Source of the DNA: Euglena gracilis
Lineage: Eukaryota
Direction of reading: 5' to 3'
DNA: 64,000 nucleotides
NCBI GenBank assembly: GCA_039621445.1
Contig: CP154954.1
Coordinates: 4,141,437 to 4,205,436, forward strand
Below, one piece after another: positions 27,742 to 41,081 of the stretch. The position numbers were made by a program, and so were the translations under genes. Each line of letters begins with the position of its first letter. Within the stretch, counting starts at the first letter, position 1. The notes beneath the pieces were generated by a model, which did no database searches, had not been told where the DNA came from, and saw only the letters and a list, made by a program, of their open reading frames with translations.

Positions 27742-29147
27742 CAAACAACACACAAAAGAACACCCTCAGAGAGGGAAAAAGAGGGGGAAAGGGGGACGGA
27801 CACCCGGACGGGGGATGTGTGTCCTTTGTCCTTGAAGAGAATTTCCTGCTGGACAACTCTGGAATTTGTGTTTCATGATAAGGCGGAGTCGTGGCAATGC
27901 TGGGGATGCACGACCAAAAAAACGGGGGGTGAACCCCCCCCCCACCCCCCCCCCCGGGGGTGGGGGGGGGTGGCCTGTGGGGCCCGGGTGACCCACAAAA
28001 TTGGCCAAAAAATTGCGAAATGCCAAAAAAATAAACTTCTTCAATTTTTCGGCGCAAAAGGTGCCGAAAAGAAACCCAATAATAAAATGAGACCGACTTT
28101 GGCCGCCCAAATAATAAACCCCCTCCGCAGGTGTGAAACAAAGGGAAAGTGAGATCAGAAATGTTGCAAAAAGCAACAAAATGGATAAAGGTGGTGCACA
28201 AAAATGCCAAAAAAAAAGACCTTTTTCAAAAAAAGCCCCCAAGCCAAAAAAGTGAAATTTGGGCCACTTTTGACTTCGATTTGAATAAAGAAAATAATAA
28301 ATGGCTTGAGTGTACAAATAATAAACGGGGGGTTATTGATTGGGGGAGTTTATGTCCCACCCCCCTCCGGGAGGACCCCCTGGGGGGGGGGCGGCTCGGC
28401 CGGGCCCACCCCCCCCTTCCCCCCCAGGGGTCCACGACTAAAAAAAAACCCTGGGCACGACCACGGCAGTGGCACGGGTGGCACGGTCACGTCCGGGGTG
28501 AGCGTAGTAGGGCCGAATGGACCGCTGGCGGGGCTCGAGGGAGTGGGATGTGCTAGGCGAGGCCAGGGTTACACCAGAATAACAACCCCTTTGCCCCGAC
28601 TTCGGACGCCCAAACGATTTATGCTTGTCCACATACAGGTGTTCACGCACACTCACACGCTCACACACACACACACGCACACAAACACACACACACACAC
28701 ACAAACACACGCATGCACGCACGCACGCACACACACACGCACGCACGCACGCACACACACACACTTGCAAAACACACACAACACACACACACCACTCACA
28801 CCACACACTCCACACACACCACACACACCACACCACACACACAGCGATACAGAGAGCAGAGGGAGATCCTCATAAAAACTCTGCTACATTACAGGCGAAC
28901 CCTGCACTGCAGTGGAAAATATCAGGCAGGGAATGGAGCCCGGGGCTGACGGACATGAAAAGAGATTTCGGTGGGGATGTCGTTTTGTCCTTGAAGAGCC
29001 CTTGACTTTTTGGAACAATAAAATGGACGCGCTTTGACTCATGGGAATTCATGGAACGTTTTGCACTTTGTTGTAATCCATTTTTGCGTGGCGAAATGCT
29101 GTAAAAAAGATAAAGAAAAAACAAACAAACAACGAGGCACGGTGTTA

Positions 29148-29519
29148 AACCCCCCCAAATAATACCCCCCCCCAAATAATAACCCCCAAATACAACTTGG
29201 GGTCGACTTCGGCCGCCGAAATAAACCCCCCCCCTGGTTTCGGGCCGCAGGCCCGGATTTTTGACCTGAAATGTAGGAAAATCACAACTGACACAAATTA
29301 TGGAAAAAATGGATGGCTCATCTGACGTCCAAAAATGGAAATTTCACAAGAAAGTGCAAAAAATGACCCCCAAAGGGCGGTGCTACTTTGGGTTTTTCGG
29401 GACTTCGGAAATTTTTCGAAATTTTTTGGGAAAATAAACCCCCCCCCCCCAATATCGGGCCGGGACTTCGGGGGAAAAAATAATACCCCAGGGGGGGTAT
29501 TATTTGGGGGGGGGGGGTT
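29148..29519. mobile_element. 372-bp TA-flanked MITE (AAATAATACCCC motif)
   Basis: TA|AACCCCCCCAAATAATACCCCCC ... GGGGGGTATTATTTGGGGGGGGGGGGTT|TA. A related truncated piece lies at ~28075-28350. Confidence 0.88.
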
Positions 29520-29521
29520 TA

Positions 29522-29744
29522 CCCGCCCCCCCCCCCCTAGTCGTACGACCGGGTTCCTGCAACCTGTGACCAGGGGGGGGGTCGTAACACCCCCGTAACC
29601 TGCAACCTGTAACCGGGGGGTGGTCGTAAATAAGGGGGCGGCCGTAGGTAAAGTGGTGTTAATTTTTTCGTAATCTGCAACCTGTGACCGGGGTGTGGTT
29701 GTAAATGAGGGGTGGTCGTACGACAAGAGGGGGGGGGGGGCGGG
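29522..29744. mobile_element. 223-bp TA-flanked MITE (GGTCGTA motif)
   Basis: TA|CCCGCCCCCCCC..GTCGTACGACC ... GGTCGTACGAC..GGGGGGGGCGGG|TA. Its left TA is the right TA of the preceding MITE. Confidence 0.9.
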
Positions 29745-30006
29745 TAGAAACCACCCCAAAAAACGGGGGAGGTACTCAACGGTTTTTTCGTCGCAAAAGG
29801 GAGGTGGATCAGAAAGTTGCAAAAGTGCTCGATCACACATACCGGGATCAAACAAACTGGGGAAAACAAAAACAGGAGAGAGTTGGTACCTTTGAAACTA
29901 AGGGCCCTGTATGGCATGAAAGATCCAAAAAATGAAGGGAAATTAGGTCACAGACGGATTGGACTTCTTATCAGAAAAGAAGAATTATGAAGTCATAAAA
30001 TTTAAA

Positions 30007-30420
30007 GGTTGTTTTGGCTTGGAGGCTTGGAGTTCCAATGGTAGTAAAATGCACCTTAGCAATCTGCAAAAGCCCTGCCGACTTGGATGGCCAAATGGCG
30101 GTGATGGGATTGTAAGAGCTTCAGCAGCCCCAGGCAACTGTGCACATGTGGTCCCTTGCACGGCTCCTAATAGCTGGTTTCAAATTTGGTGCCCTAGCCA
30201 TGGCCACATAATTGGCCGGAGGTTGAGGAGGGTATGTCAAAACAAAACAACCATGATTTAAAAACACACAATGATGTTTGTGACATTCGCATCCCTTTTT
30301 TGGCCATCAGAGCTCTGGGAATTTTTGTCACACTTATATGCCATACTTTTTACACACAATACTTGAATATTCGATAATTCAATTGCTTTGAATTTTTGAT
30401 GTCTTCAGCCACATCGTACA
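30007..30420 (+). repeat. Backbone module P, copy 1 (copy 2 at ~39755-40185)
   Basis: Shared GTTTTGGCTTGGA, TGGCGGTGATGGGATTG.AAGAGCTTCAGCAGCCCCAGG and TTGGCCATCAGAGCTCTGG. Confidence 0.9.
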
Positions 30421-30527
30421 CCTGTACCCCATCCCAGGGAAATTCTAAAGCTGGACCCACCCCCCGGGATCCAGCGAGCCACCACCGTTTTTTAGACTTC
30501 TAATGCATAGCATACCCATGCTCTCCA

Positions 30528-32223
30528 TTGGAATGTCTGCACGTGCAGAAGCATTTGTCGGTGGTTTCGTCTGGCGTATCCGATTTCCATAACTTCGAGG
30601 GGATTGTGGCAGATGTGTCCGAGGAGTCTTCGTTGTTGTTGGGCCTCCGCCCATTCTCGTTGGTGGGGCTGCACCCTTTGTGCGTTTGGGACGTTACGAC
30701 CTGGACGTACAATTCATGATTGACCATCTGTTCTGGATTTCAGACGGATGTGACACAATCATGCAGAAATACTACGAAGAGCAACACCCCTGTGTGGTTG
30801 CTCCAGAAATACACCGACATATGGTCAAACTGTACAAGGAAAAAGCGCGAGGCTTTTTTTTCGACGGTACAATTTCCTGCTACGAAAGCCAGGATGGCAT
30901 TCACAAATTGCCGGGATTCTGGCAATTACTTTTCTGGCTCAGATTCCATTGCATGAACTTCGGCTCATTTGCAATCCCAGCCAGCAAAGGACACTACCTA
31001 CCACATCCAAATATATGTCTACAATACGGATGGGAATCAACCCTTGACGCACTGAAGACAATGTTCGACGATATCCGAGAAATCGGACCACAAAGCATGC
31101 TATGGGAAGTATTCCCACTTCCAAAGGATGTACAATTGGTGACACACAAAATGTTTTGATACAATTACCAAATTTTTTTGAACGAACACTACGGCCCCCA
31201 TTTCCAAGTGGTCGGAATCGACCTGACATATCCACAAAAATTTGTCGTTTGGGCGTCTGCGGAGTCTGGAACGCGGAGAGTACAGCGCACAAAATGCTGT
31301 AAGGGCCGAAGTGCCAGCTACAACGCCTGCTCAGGCACGACCACAAACACCATTACCAGACGCGGAACCTGACGCTCCTACAGAACTTACAATGGCCGAA
31401 GTGCCTGCAAACCCTACAAAGGCCGCAGCGCCTCTGACAGACACGGTTCCACCCACCTCCGCACGTGGGGAAAGTGGACGAGAAGCAACCGATGAAGATA
31501 TAATCGCACTACGCGACGAGACTGAACAAATACAACGTGAATTTCCATTCGGCATTTACAGCGGACCCAGACGACTTCATACTCATACCACCAGAAGTCG
31601 GGCAGGCAGCAGGACGCATCCTAGGAGGCGTCCGAAATGACTTACTTCGATAATCACAATGGTGAGATCGAGGTCTTCCTCCTCAACGTGAAGTCCCCGT
31701 GACACGGGACTTGGCGAACAACCCACACAAGAAGTTCCGGCTTCGACTGCAGAACTGGCAGCAGACGCGGCCAGCTCTACTCCTGTTGTACAACCCACTG
31801 TCCAAACACCCGAAGTGGTGACAACGACCGAATTGACTACGGTCGAAACAACGCCACCACACGACACAACACCCGTAGTGGTACACACACACACCTGAAC
31901 AGGTGGTACCGACGGCACCTGACGTACCACCTACCACTACACCAACAGCCAAACCTGCTCCAAAGTCCCCTGCAGAGCGCCCCTTTCCGCAACAGCGGAA
32001 AGAAAAAGGCAGTAAACCTAAGCCTAAACCGCAGCCTGCACACCCATGCAAACCTGCTGAACGACACAACGAGCCAAAACCACCTGCACCTGGGAGTGGT
32101 AACAAATCAGGAAAGCGGGCGAAGACCTCAGCTGCTACCACACCAGCGCCAACTTACACTGATGTGACCGGGAAAAACCGGGTCACATCTACCCTTCGAG
32201 GTAGAACTCGATACAACGTCTGA
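30528..32223 (+). pseudogene. Disrupted ORF of unknown family: globular N-terminal part plus Pro/Thr/Ala-rich and basic C-terminal part
   Basis: Chain of + ORFs (30528, 30680, 31178, 31242, 31903). 30680 and 31178 share a frame separated by one TGA at 31157-31159. Non-repetitive, protein-like translation. Confidence 0.6.
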
Positions 32224-32404
32224 CACATCGCAAGAGGAAAACATGCCCGTTGACGATAATGCCGCACTTTGGCAAAACAAATAAAAAAATATTGGCCCGG
32301 CCAATAGCCAAATAGGGGGGGGGTGAGGGTAGCGGTGTGGCTGAATTTTTCATTCAATTAAGCAGCTACATTGCCTTCGAAAGCTTTCTTCTCTTCAACA
32401 GCCA

Positions 32405-33506
32405 ATTCATCCCCAAGCCCAGTTTTAGTCACTTTGCCGTTTTGCCACGGTGAGCCATTTTTTTCCAACTTTCAAGGAATTTATCCATTTCAATTTGAAA
32501 ACAATTTCACCATTTTCCTTCACTATCCTTCGCAACTTGATCCGTCTGGGCAATCACACGCAATTCCAACCTTGGAGCTCTTGCGTTCCCACTCCATTAA
32601 CACTCTTTTACCACCAACAATGGCTTCCGGCACTGCCTTCATGGTTCACAAATCACATGCAAATTGCACCATCTCAATCAAATAACAACCAAAGCTCCAA
32701 ACAAAAGGGAGGTCTGCTGCCCAGCCGGGGAGGGGCAAATGTAGAAAGGCTGTGGAAAGGATGCTGGACCCCCCACGAATAGATTCGAATTGGTTCGGCT
32801 TAAAGACAACCCCTGCTTCAAGCACAAAACAAATATTCTCTCTGCATGACACTCAGATAAATTCAGTTTCGTTGGCCATACTTCCTTTTTTCTGGTTGCT
32901 GAAAGAAATTGGTTAGAATGGAAGTAGGCGAAGTCCCAAAACGCTGCCTTTTTTACATCATGATGCAATTTCCTCGTGACATCTTCTTGACACCGGACAA
33001 ATTGTCTGTGGAAATTGCATCGCCCTGTGGCTCTTCCTGATTACAATTGCCATTATTTTAACTTCATCAGTCTTCAGCAATACTCCATTCTGTTTCGAAT
33101 TCCAGCAGGCGCTCATTCCCTTCGCAAGATTCAAATTGCAGTACAAACAAGAGAGAAACCAGAGAATGAGGAGAGGGAGAGGGAACAGGGCAGAATGCTT
33201 TGCACTCACTTCCGATAACTTGGTCGACAAATTTCATTTTTCAAATGTCAAATTCAACTTTCATTCGGCGCTGGGGATGCTTCCGCAACGCGTGCATCAC
33301 ATGTTTCGCGGCATGCATCGCCTGTTCCGCGTGGAATGCATGGTGCTGCACCACGACGCCCCACCAGATCTGCAACCACCACAACAGGCAAAGCAATGGC
33401 TAAAAAGGTTCAAAATTGAGACATTGTCAAAATTGCAAATCAGCGGCCAAAAATGACCAACAACAGCATCAAAAATGGTTCAAATGGGAAACAACACCCA
33501 ATAAAA

Positions 33507-33574
<68 letters not shown>

Positions 33575-34520
33575 AAAGGGAAAAAAAAACAAAAAAAAAT
33601 GGCAACAAGTTGCCGAAGAGGAGGTTAAAAGCAGCCAAAGGTGGCCAAAGTGGGAAAAAAGTTTGAGCGATGTTGGAAATGAGTGAAACTTCCCACATGG
33701 TGCACACTGCGTCACGCGGTGCACGCGGTGCCACACGTGGTGCACGTGGTGTTGCGGCCCCCCCCCCCCCCCCCGGCTGGCCCTGGTCTCAACCCCACCT
33801 GAAAAATCCGCCATGGTTGGCCCCAGTCTGCCCTGGCTGGGCCGACTCGGCCAATGGTGCCTCCAAACAGCCAAACACTAACAATTACAACAACTAAACT
33901 TCAGGAATAAAACTTGCAGGGCAAAAAAAAGACAAGAAACTGGAAAAGGAATTGCTGATCGTTGGCCTGTTGCTGGAAATCACTCTCTGTTGGAAGCACT
34001 TGACGATGGCGTGTGGGAGACCTATGGAAAAATAAGGTCACCGAGCCCGAGTACTCCTTTTTCATATTTTCCCCCCAAATTGTGTACAACCCCATGCAAC
34101 CATAAAAAGCATACCCATCCAGGGAAGGTAGTTACCACCCCAACCTTCGGCTAAACGCAGCAATCAATCGCCTGCACGCCGCCTTAGCCGCTCTGGAGCC
34201 CGTCCACTCAACCCGCACATCGGCACCGCAGGGCAGCGACAGAGAGGAGAGCATTTTGTTGAGAGGAGGGATTCCCTGGGAAAAGGTGGGGGTGTTGGCA
34301 GATGGAACGTTGCAAATGCCGTCCAAGTCTGGGATTGTTCGTGTTCGTGTTGGCCACAACAGACCAAGGGGCAAACTAATTCAGGACAGCTATTAAGATT
34401 CCAATGGTCTTTAGGGTGCAAACGAGCCACCCAGATGAAAATACCAGTTGTTGTAAGCCAGCAACCCATGTGGGGGTTTAACCACAAAAAAGCAAGACTA
34501 ATGACGAAACAACTGAATTA
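32405..34520 (+). repeat. Backbone module N, copy 1 (copy 2 at ~44640-46430)
   Basis: Shared anchors include TTTTGCCACGGTGAGCCAT, CCCTGCTTCAAGCACAAAACAAAT and CCACTCAACCCGCACATCGGCACCGCAGGGCAGCGACAGAGAGGAGAGCATTTTGTTG. Confidence 0.93.
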
Positions 34521-34522
34521 GG

Positions 34523-35385
34523 GGAAAACACATTTTTTTTGAGTTCTGGTTGGAGAGATAATGTTCCAGCAATGCCAGACATTTTTTCTTCCAGAAGTTG
34601 GCTTGTTTTGGCGAGATTCTGATCTTTGATTCTTGATCGGTCAGAGAAAATTCCGCCAGTCCATTTTAAGGATTTTAAGGGATTTTAAAGTTTTTCTAGC
34701 CGCCTTAAAAATAACAATGCCTGGCCAGGAGGGTGGGACCTGGGGGTGGACAGGGCCAGCCTGACGGGAATGAATTAGACTGGAAACACCACAGCAAGGA
34801 CCGTGAAAAAACCACCCAATGTTAGCAACCCCTTTGTGAGTAACCTCTAAATTTCAGCAGCCCTTTGGACTATTTTGGCCAACACCTGAATGCAAGCAAA
34901 CCCCAAACAAAAGACATTCCGAGCCTGGTGCTGTGAAGAAAATATTCATGAAAATGGCATTGGAGAGCTTGAAAGAAACATTCACCCCAAATTCAAATCA
35001 CCTTCAGCCCCTTTTCAGAACATAAATATAGGTGACCAATTGCTTATTCGGGGGATTTAGCAATCGAAGCAGGTGTTTCCCAAGGGACAGACATACCTTG
35101 GCCCCCTTTTATTTCACACACTGTGTCATTGATTGCCCGTGTCAAGAACAAACCCAAAACCTTGCCGTGTTTTGAACAGGGGGGTTGTTTCCTGGTTTAG
35201 GGGGGGTATCTCTTCCCTGAACACCCTTCCCCGGGCGTTTCGCCCCCTCCTCGTTGCATGCAGGCTTGCCCCAAAAGTGGACCCTTGGCATTACTTGTTA
35301 TCTTGGACCTTTTAACAATTTGGGTTATTTTGCTCATGGCCCAACAAAATTCTTAGCATCCAAACTTAGCCCCTTGATATTCTTC
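34523..35385 (-). repeat. Inverted copy of backbone block ~47505-48380 (partly also 1776-2185)
   Basis: CAAGCAAACCCCAAACA, CCACCCAATGT and GTGGACAGGGCCAGC are reverse complements of motifs at 47990-48160 and 1778-1950. Confidence 0.9.
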
Positions 35386-38300
35386 CCCCAGCCTGCCCGT
35401 TGTCAATGCTCTGTCTGCTGTCTCCCCCTGCTGTTTCGGAAGGTGAGAGGGACGAAAATGTCAGCTCTTTTCCCTTCTGACCCAGACCTGCCCGGGAAAC
35501 TGTACTCTCCCCTCTGTCCCCGCTGTCCTGCCTTTATAGGGATTTCTCCTCCCTGTGTAGTCACTGACTTGTTGGGTGCTTCGGAAAGCAATTTTTGTGT
35601 TGTATCATATTTGCTTGGGTTTTCTTGTTTTATGTGTTCTGGCTTTTCAATTTTTTAAATTTTGTTCCTGGCATTGCGAAAATTTTTCATTAAATTTTCA
35701 GCTGTTTTTAAGTATTATTGCCTAAAATTTTTTTGACACCTGGGGGGGCCCGCAGCTCTTTGCAGCCCTGGACCCCCCCCCTCTCCCCATCAATGAGATT
35801 TATTTATTTCCCGCCGCCCGAAGGGCGGCTGGACGCTGACGGATTACGCGCTTTTAAGGGTCAACAGCCCTTGGACCAAAATAGCGTCTTAAAAAGGCTT
35901 AAAAAGCCTAAAAAGGTCTGAAAAAGGCCTTAAAATGCTTTAAAATTTCGGGGAAAAGGTGCATTAAAAATAATCATGCCTGCTCCTGGAAAAGAGCAGG
36001 AACAGAGAGCAAAAAGAGAGAGACTTGTGAACGGCTGTCTTGCATGGCTTTCCACACGGGGTCAGTCCAGGGGTGGAAAGGTCTCTTTGTCACCCGAGAG
36101 TGCGCGACTCGCAGGCTCGGCTGAGTGCGTGTGTGGATGGCCCGGCGCGCTGGCGGTGCGTCAGCGCTGGCGGTGCAGACCGGAGGGGGGAGCGTCCCAG
36201 CCAAGTGGCAGAGGCACAACGGTGGAAGGAAGAGACGGCCAGGGTGGGCCGGCAGCGGCGGTGGGGGACGGGACGAAACAAACGAGCCGCAGTTACACCA
36301 TCATTATTAGGTCAAAGTCAAACACAACAAAATTTTGCTGTCGCCTCGTACGTTTTCACGGATCCTCTTGGCCGTGGGGAGCTTGGAAACCCGAGGGGTG
36401 CTTGGAAACTCGCGGGGAAGACTGAGCAACTCGAGGGGGAATATAACCCCACTCCCTGGGTAGCCATCAAAAATATTTCGTCTGAGTTGGAAGTGCAAAA
36501 GAAAGCACTTCTGTCGATCAGAAGGACGGTCCCTAACTTAAAAAAAAAATATTTTGGCAATACACTTCAACCGAAAAATATGGCCTTTTTACATGCAGGC
36601 GTCACTCTCCGGAAAGTCCGCAATGGGAAGTGAGGATTCCCGCCTTTGATAAAATGACGAATCATGGAGGTCCCTGAAATCCCTGGTGTCCCTGCACATG
36701 TGGATACTCCTTTCTGATGGAGGAGGTCTCTGAAACTCCAAATGCCTCCACAATGGTGCGGGTACTTCCGTCATCTTCGTCTGGGTTTTCTCTTAGGCGG
36801 GTTGCCCCTACGGAGGAAAAACAATGCCCCAGAGTGATTACACCATGGTTGGGATCAGTCAGTGAAACGGTAAATGAACTAAATGGGGAGTTAATGAGTC
36901 CAGGGATTGTTGGTCAAAATCTGATCCCAAAAATGGCCGAAAATTCCAAATGTTCCGACTCTGACAATTTTTTCTCTCCAAAACGGCAGAAATTGAGGTT
37001 TTGAGAAGTTGAGGCCCCAAAAAATGTGTGGGCCGTGGCAGAGAAAAAGGAATTCAGTCCCCCCACTTTGACCTCCGGAGTTGTATTCTGGCCAAGGTCG
37101 AAAACTTGCAGAATTCTGGCAGATTCCTGGAATGTTGTTCTGAAAGAAAAAAAAAGGTGTCCAAAAAAACTAGGGCAGTGACTCATTCTATTTTGAAAAT
37201 ATTAAATTAGTCATTAAAACTCATTTTGTTTGAAATGTTCTAAAAAAGAAACACAATTTTCTCTTTCCCTTTCGAAAAAGATTGTTGTAAAAACGTTTGT
37301 ATTGATGTGGCATAAATACAATTAATAATATAATAATATTTTTTTCCGTTTCTACTTTCACGTTTCTAAAAAGGTCTCAGCTGAAAATTGGGCCCCAAAC
37401 AGGGTTCGCTATAAGGACAGGTGGGGGGGGGGTCCGGACCCCCCCTGCAGGCCATACACCACTAAAATCGGAAGGAAAAAAATCGGAGCAACACACAATG
37501 TTTGTCATTCTCCCAAACCAAATAACAGGAGTCGCGGAAAATTGCCTGTGAAGTGTCCCACGGGTAGCTCCCTCCAGCACATTTGATGGTTCAGCGAGGT
37601 CAAGCCAGCACACTGCTACCCCGCAAAGCGGTCAAGGTTGGGGGATGAAAGAAGGTCCGATATAACCTGGACTCAGTGGCACACTTCAGATTGCAAGAGG
37701 TGTGCCCCCCAAGGACACAATAACGTCCGCGGTATCGGCGTCTCTGGCCTATGGATGGTGAAACCCTGGGTGGAATTGCATCCCTGGACTGGGCGAGCCC
37801 TTTCCTGTTTTGAGATGTGTCACCGGGGGCTGGATTGTCACCCTCTGCCTCCGGTGAGGGGGTCCAAGGGACCCACTCACCCTACCCCCCCCCGGGGGAG
37901 GGGGTCCAAGACTAAAAAAACCCCTGCTTGGGACCCATCCGACATTGTGACAATTTAAAAAATGAAATCACTGTTGTGCAATGGATAATTCTAACACGTT
38001 AATCCAGACAAACAATTTGTTTTAAGAGTGGATGCGAGCCAGTATCAATTGATTGGGGAGGATAGGGCTCCTACTCCAGAAGACGCACGGGCCAAGCGTA
38101 CGGTGCCTGTCGCCTTCGTGAGTAGGAAGCCCACCATAATGCAACAACCCCCATTTTTTTTTGCAACAAGCCGGCCACCGAAGGCAGCCGGAAGGTTTTT
38201 TCGCATTGGGAAGAATTTTGTCTGTTGAATCTTGGACTCCCGGCCGCCATCAGCCTTGGAGATCCGGCAGTATTGGTCATCTTGGACCTCCCCCCTGTGG

Positions 38301-38428
38301 TGAGGCTCGCCGTTTGAAACTTCACTGGGGGGTCCTGGACACCTTCCCTCCCTCGCATAAACCAATGGTGAACTTCACCGGTGAAGCTTTTATCAAAATT
38401 TCCGACCAAACGGCATCAAAATACACAT

Positions 38429-39146
38429 ATGGCACAAAGTTGGGCCCCCTCACCCAGGGTGAGGGGGGGGGTGAGGGGGGTGAGGGGGGGGTGAGGGGGG
38501 GGTGGGGGGGGGTGAGGGGTGGGGTGAGGGGTGGGGTGAGGGGGGGGGGTGGGGGGGGGGGGGGGGGGGGGGGGGGGGGAGGGGTGAGTGTTGGGGGGTG
38601 AGAGTTGGGTGGGCGCGATTTGACCACAGAGCGTGATTTGGCCACAAAAAAAGACCGGTAGACAAGGATGAGGTTATTTTTTTTGCCGGGGGGGGTCCGG
38701 GGGGGGGGGAGCCCCCCCCCCGGGCAATCGAACAGTTTCATACGCCGCGCGATTTGACCACAGAGCGCGATTTGGTCCACAAAATGACCGGTAGACAAGG
38801 ATGAGGTTATTTTTTTTGCCGGGGGGGTCCGGGGGGGCGGGAGCCACCCCCCCCCCCCCCCCGGGCACTTGAACAATTGAATATGTTCCGCGATTTGCAC
38901 AGAAAATGATCGATCAGAAGAAATAACACCCATATTTCCGGGACTATGGTGGGTGAGGGGGGGGGGAGGGGGGGGGGGGGGGGGGGTGGGGGGCGGGGCG
39001 GGGGGGGGGGAGGGGTGAGGGGTGAGGGGTGGGTGAGGGGTGGGTGAGGGGTGGGTGACGGGTGGGTGAGGGGTGGGTGAGGGGTGGGTGAGGGTGAGGG
39101 GTCGGTGAGGGTGAGGGGTGGGTGAGGGGGCCCCACTTTGTGCCAT
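38429..39146. mobile_element. ~720-bp TIR element with GGGTGAG arrays and an internal ~133-bp duplication
   Basis: ATGGCACAAAGTTGGGCCCCCTCACC vs GGTGAGGGGGCCCCACTTTGTGCCAT. Duplicated GCGCGATTTGACCACAGAGCG... at ~38613 and ~38746. No clear TSD. Confidence 0.8.
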
Positions 39147-41081
39147 GACTCTCAAAATAGTCATTTTTAGAGGAAAAAGAACAAAATATGACAAAGCAAA
39201 AAAAAAAAACACCCAAACGCTCAAAATGGTGACATTCACCGCCCGGTACCCCCCCTTTCCACGGTGAATGTTCATCGCAGGGGGGGGGGTCCAGGATCCC
39301 CGTGCGCGCCAAAAACCCGTTGTTTCAACCTGGCATGCTGTTTCCACGTAAAGAAGAAAGCAGAGCCAGCGAAAAAATGTCTGCACCACAGAGTTCCCAC
39401 CCACTGCTTTGAAATAAATATTTGTTTTAGTTTTATATTTTGTGCTTATCCCACGAGCACGAGGAAGATCAAGTTTTGTTACTTTTTTGTCTTTTCACGT
39501 GGATGATCTCACAATGTTGTCGATTCTTCAACATTTTTGGTTGCCATGTATTTCTGTCCAGATTCTGTATAACACCCTCCCCAAAAACAATCACCTTGGT
39601 CATCACAGACTTGGGAAGGAAAACAGGTCCAGATAGCATTTCCTCCTGCCTGGAAAAACCATAGCGCGAAATTGGAATCCTTGAGATTTCGGTGAGTATT
39701 CTGAATATGATAATTATGAAATAGTTATAAAATTGGTATAAAACCCAACAAGGGTGTTTTGGCTTGGAAGCTTGGAGTTCAAATCTCATTAAATGCACCT
39801 ATATACATCGCACCAACTATCTGCAAAAGTTCTGCCGACCTGGACGGCCAACTGGCGGTGATGGGATTGCAAGAGCTTCAGCAGCCCCAGGCTACTGTGC
39901 ATGTGGTCTCTTACATGGCTCCTGATAGTTCTATTGTTCATTCTGAATCCAGCCAGCAAATAATTAAGGAGGGCTTGCCAACAAAAAACAATCATGCTTC
40001 AAAACCACACAATGATGCTTGTGACATTCTCGTTCATATTTTGGCCATCAGAGCTCTGGAAATTTGTCAGAGAATGAGAAAGTGCCATTCTCTCTCCTTT
40101 TTTAGGCACACATTATTTTGAATGTTCGATAATTGAATTACTTGATATTTAACGACTGTTGTGATTTCTTCAGCCGCGTCGTGCCCGGAATTTCTTAAGG
40201 TGGACCCCTACCCCCTGGGAGTACAGTTTTTCCAGCAAACACCTGCCAGTCGGATAGTGGACGCCCCCCAGGGGGGTGAGTGGGTATAACCTCGGCCGGC
40301 CAATGAAAACCAGCCTGTAACAAGAAAAAAAATTGATGAAAAGGATCCAAAATGGCCAAAAATGGTTGTTTCGGGGGTTTTCACCTCAATTTGAAGCGGT
40401 GTAAATTGCCCATGAAAATTTTGAGTGCATTCCAGAAACCGGTAAAATTGTTCTCAAAAACGGTCAAATTTTTTACCAACGGTCAAATTTAATTTAGGTA
40501 AATTGCACTGGACGAAGAAATTTTTTACACGTATACGACGATGGAGTCGATGAAGCGGAAAACCGCTTAAATGAATTTTAAAATATATTTTAATGTAAAA
40601 TCAGAAAGAAATACGTAACACTAAAAGATAGTAGTAAATATGTCTGTAAACATACATACGTCCCCAATAAACGCCTTAGAAACAGACAGATAGGTAATAA
40701 GTGGCTTTAACTAGTTTTGCTATGTATACTACTTACCAACAAATATAATGGCAAAAAAAAGCATAAACCACAACCTTCACGGATACTGCAACACATGATA
40801 TTGCTGAAAACAGAACAGGACCAACATTAAGAGAAACACATCATTGCAAATTGAAAAAGAGGAGAGACCATCCTTTGTCATCAACTCTCGCTGACACCGA
40901 CGTTGGCCACTGTGGTGTCGGGTATACCTGTTGGCTGCCGGAGCCGCATGCGGCGGAAGCAGGCACCCGGCAGCCCCGTGGCTCCCCGCCTTGCACTACC
41001 GTAGACAAAATGATCTTATAACAAATTTCCTGCAATTCAGTTGACAATTGACGACACAAATGACGGACTTGACATTCTCAG

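Noticed and set aside
33500-33600. ~100-bp poly-A as a retroposon tail
   Set aside because: It lies mid-module where the other copy (~45660-45695) has only a short A-rich stretch. Expansion or base-calling artefact is more likely, as for 27140-27500.
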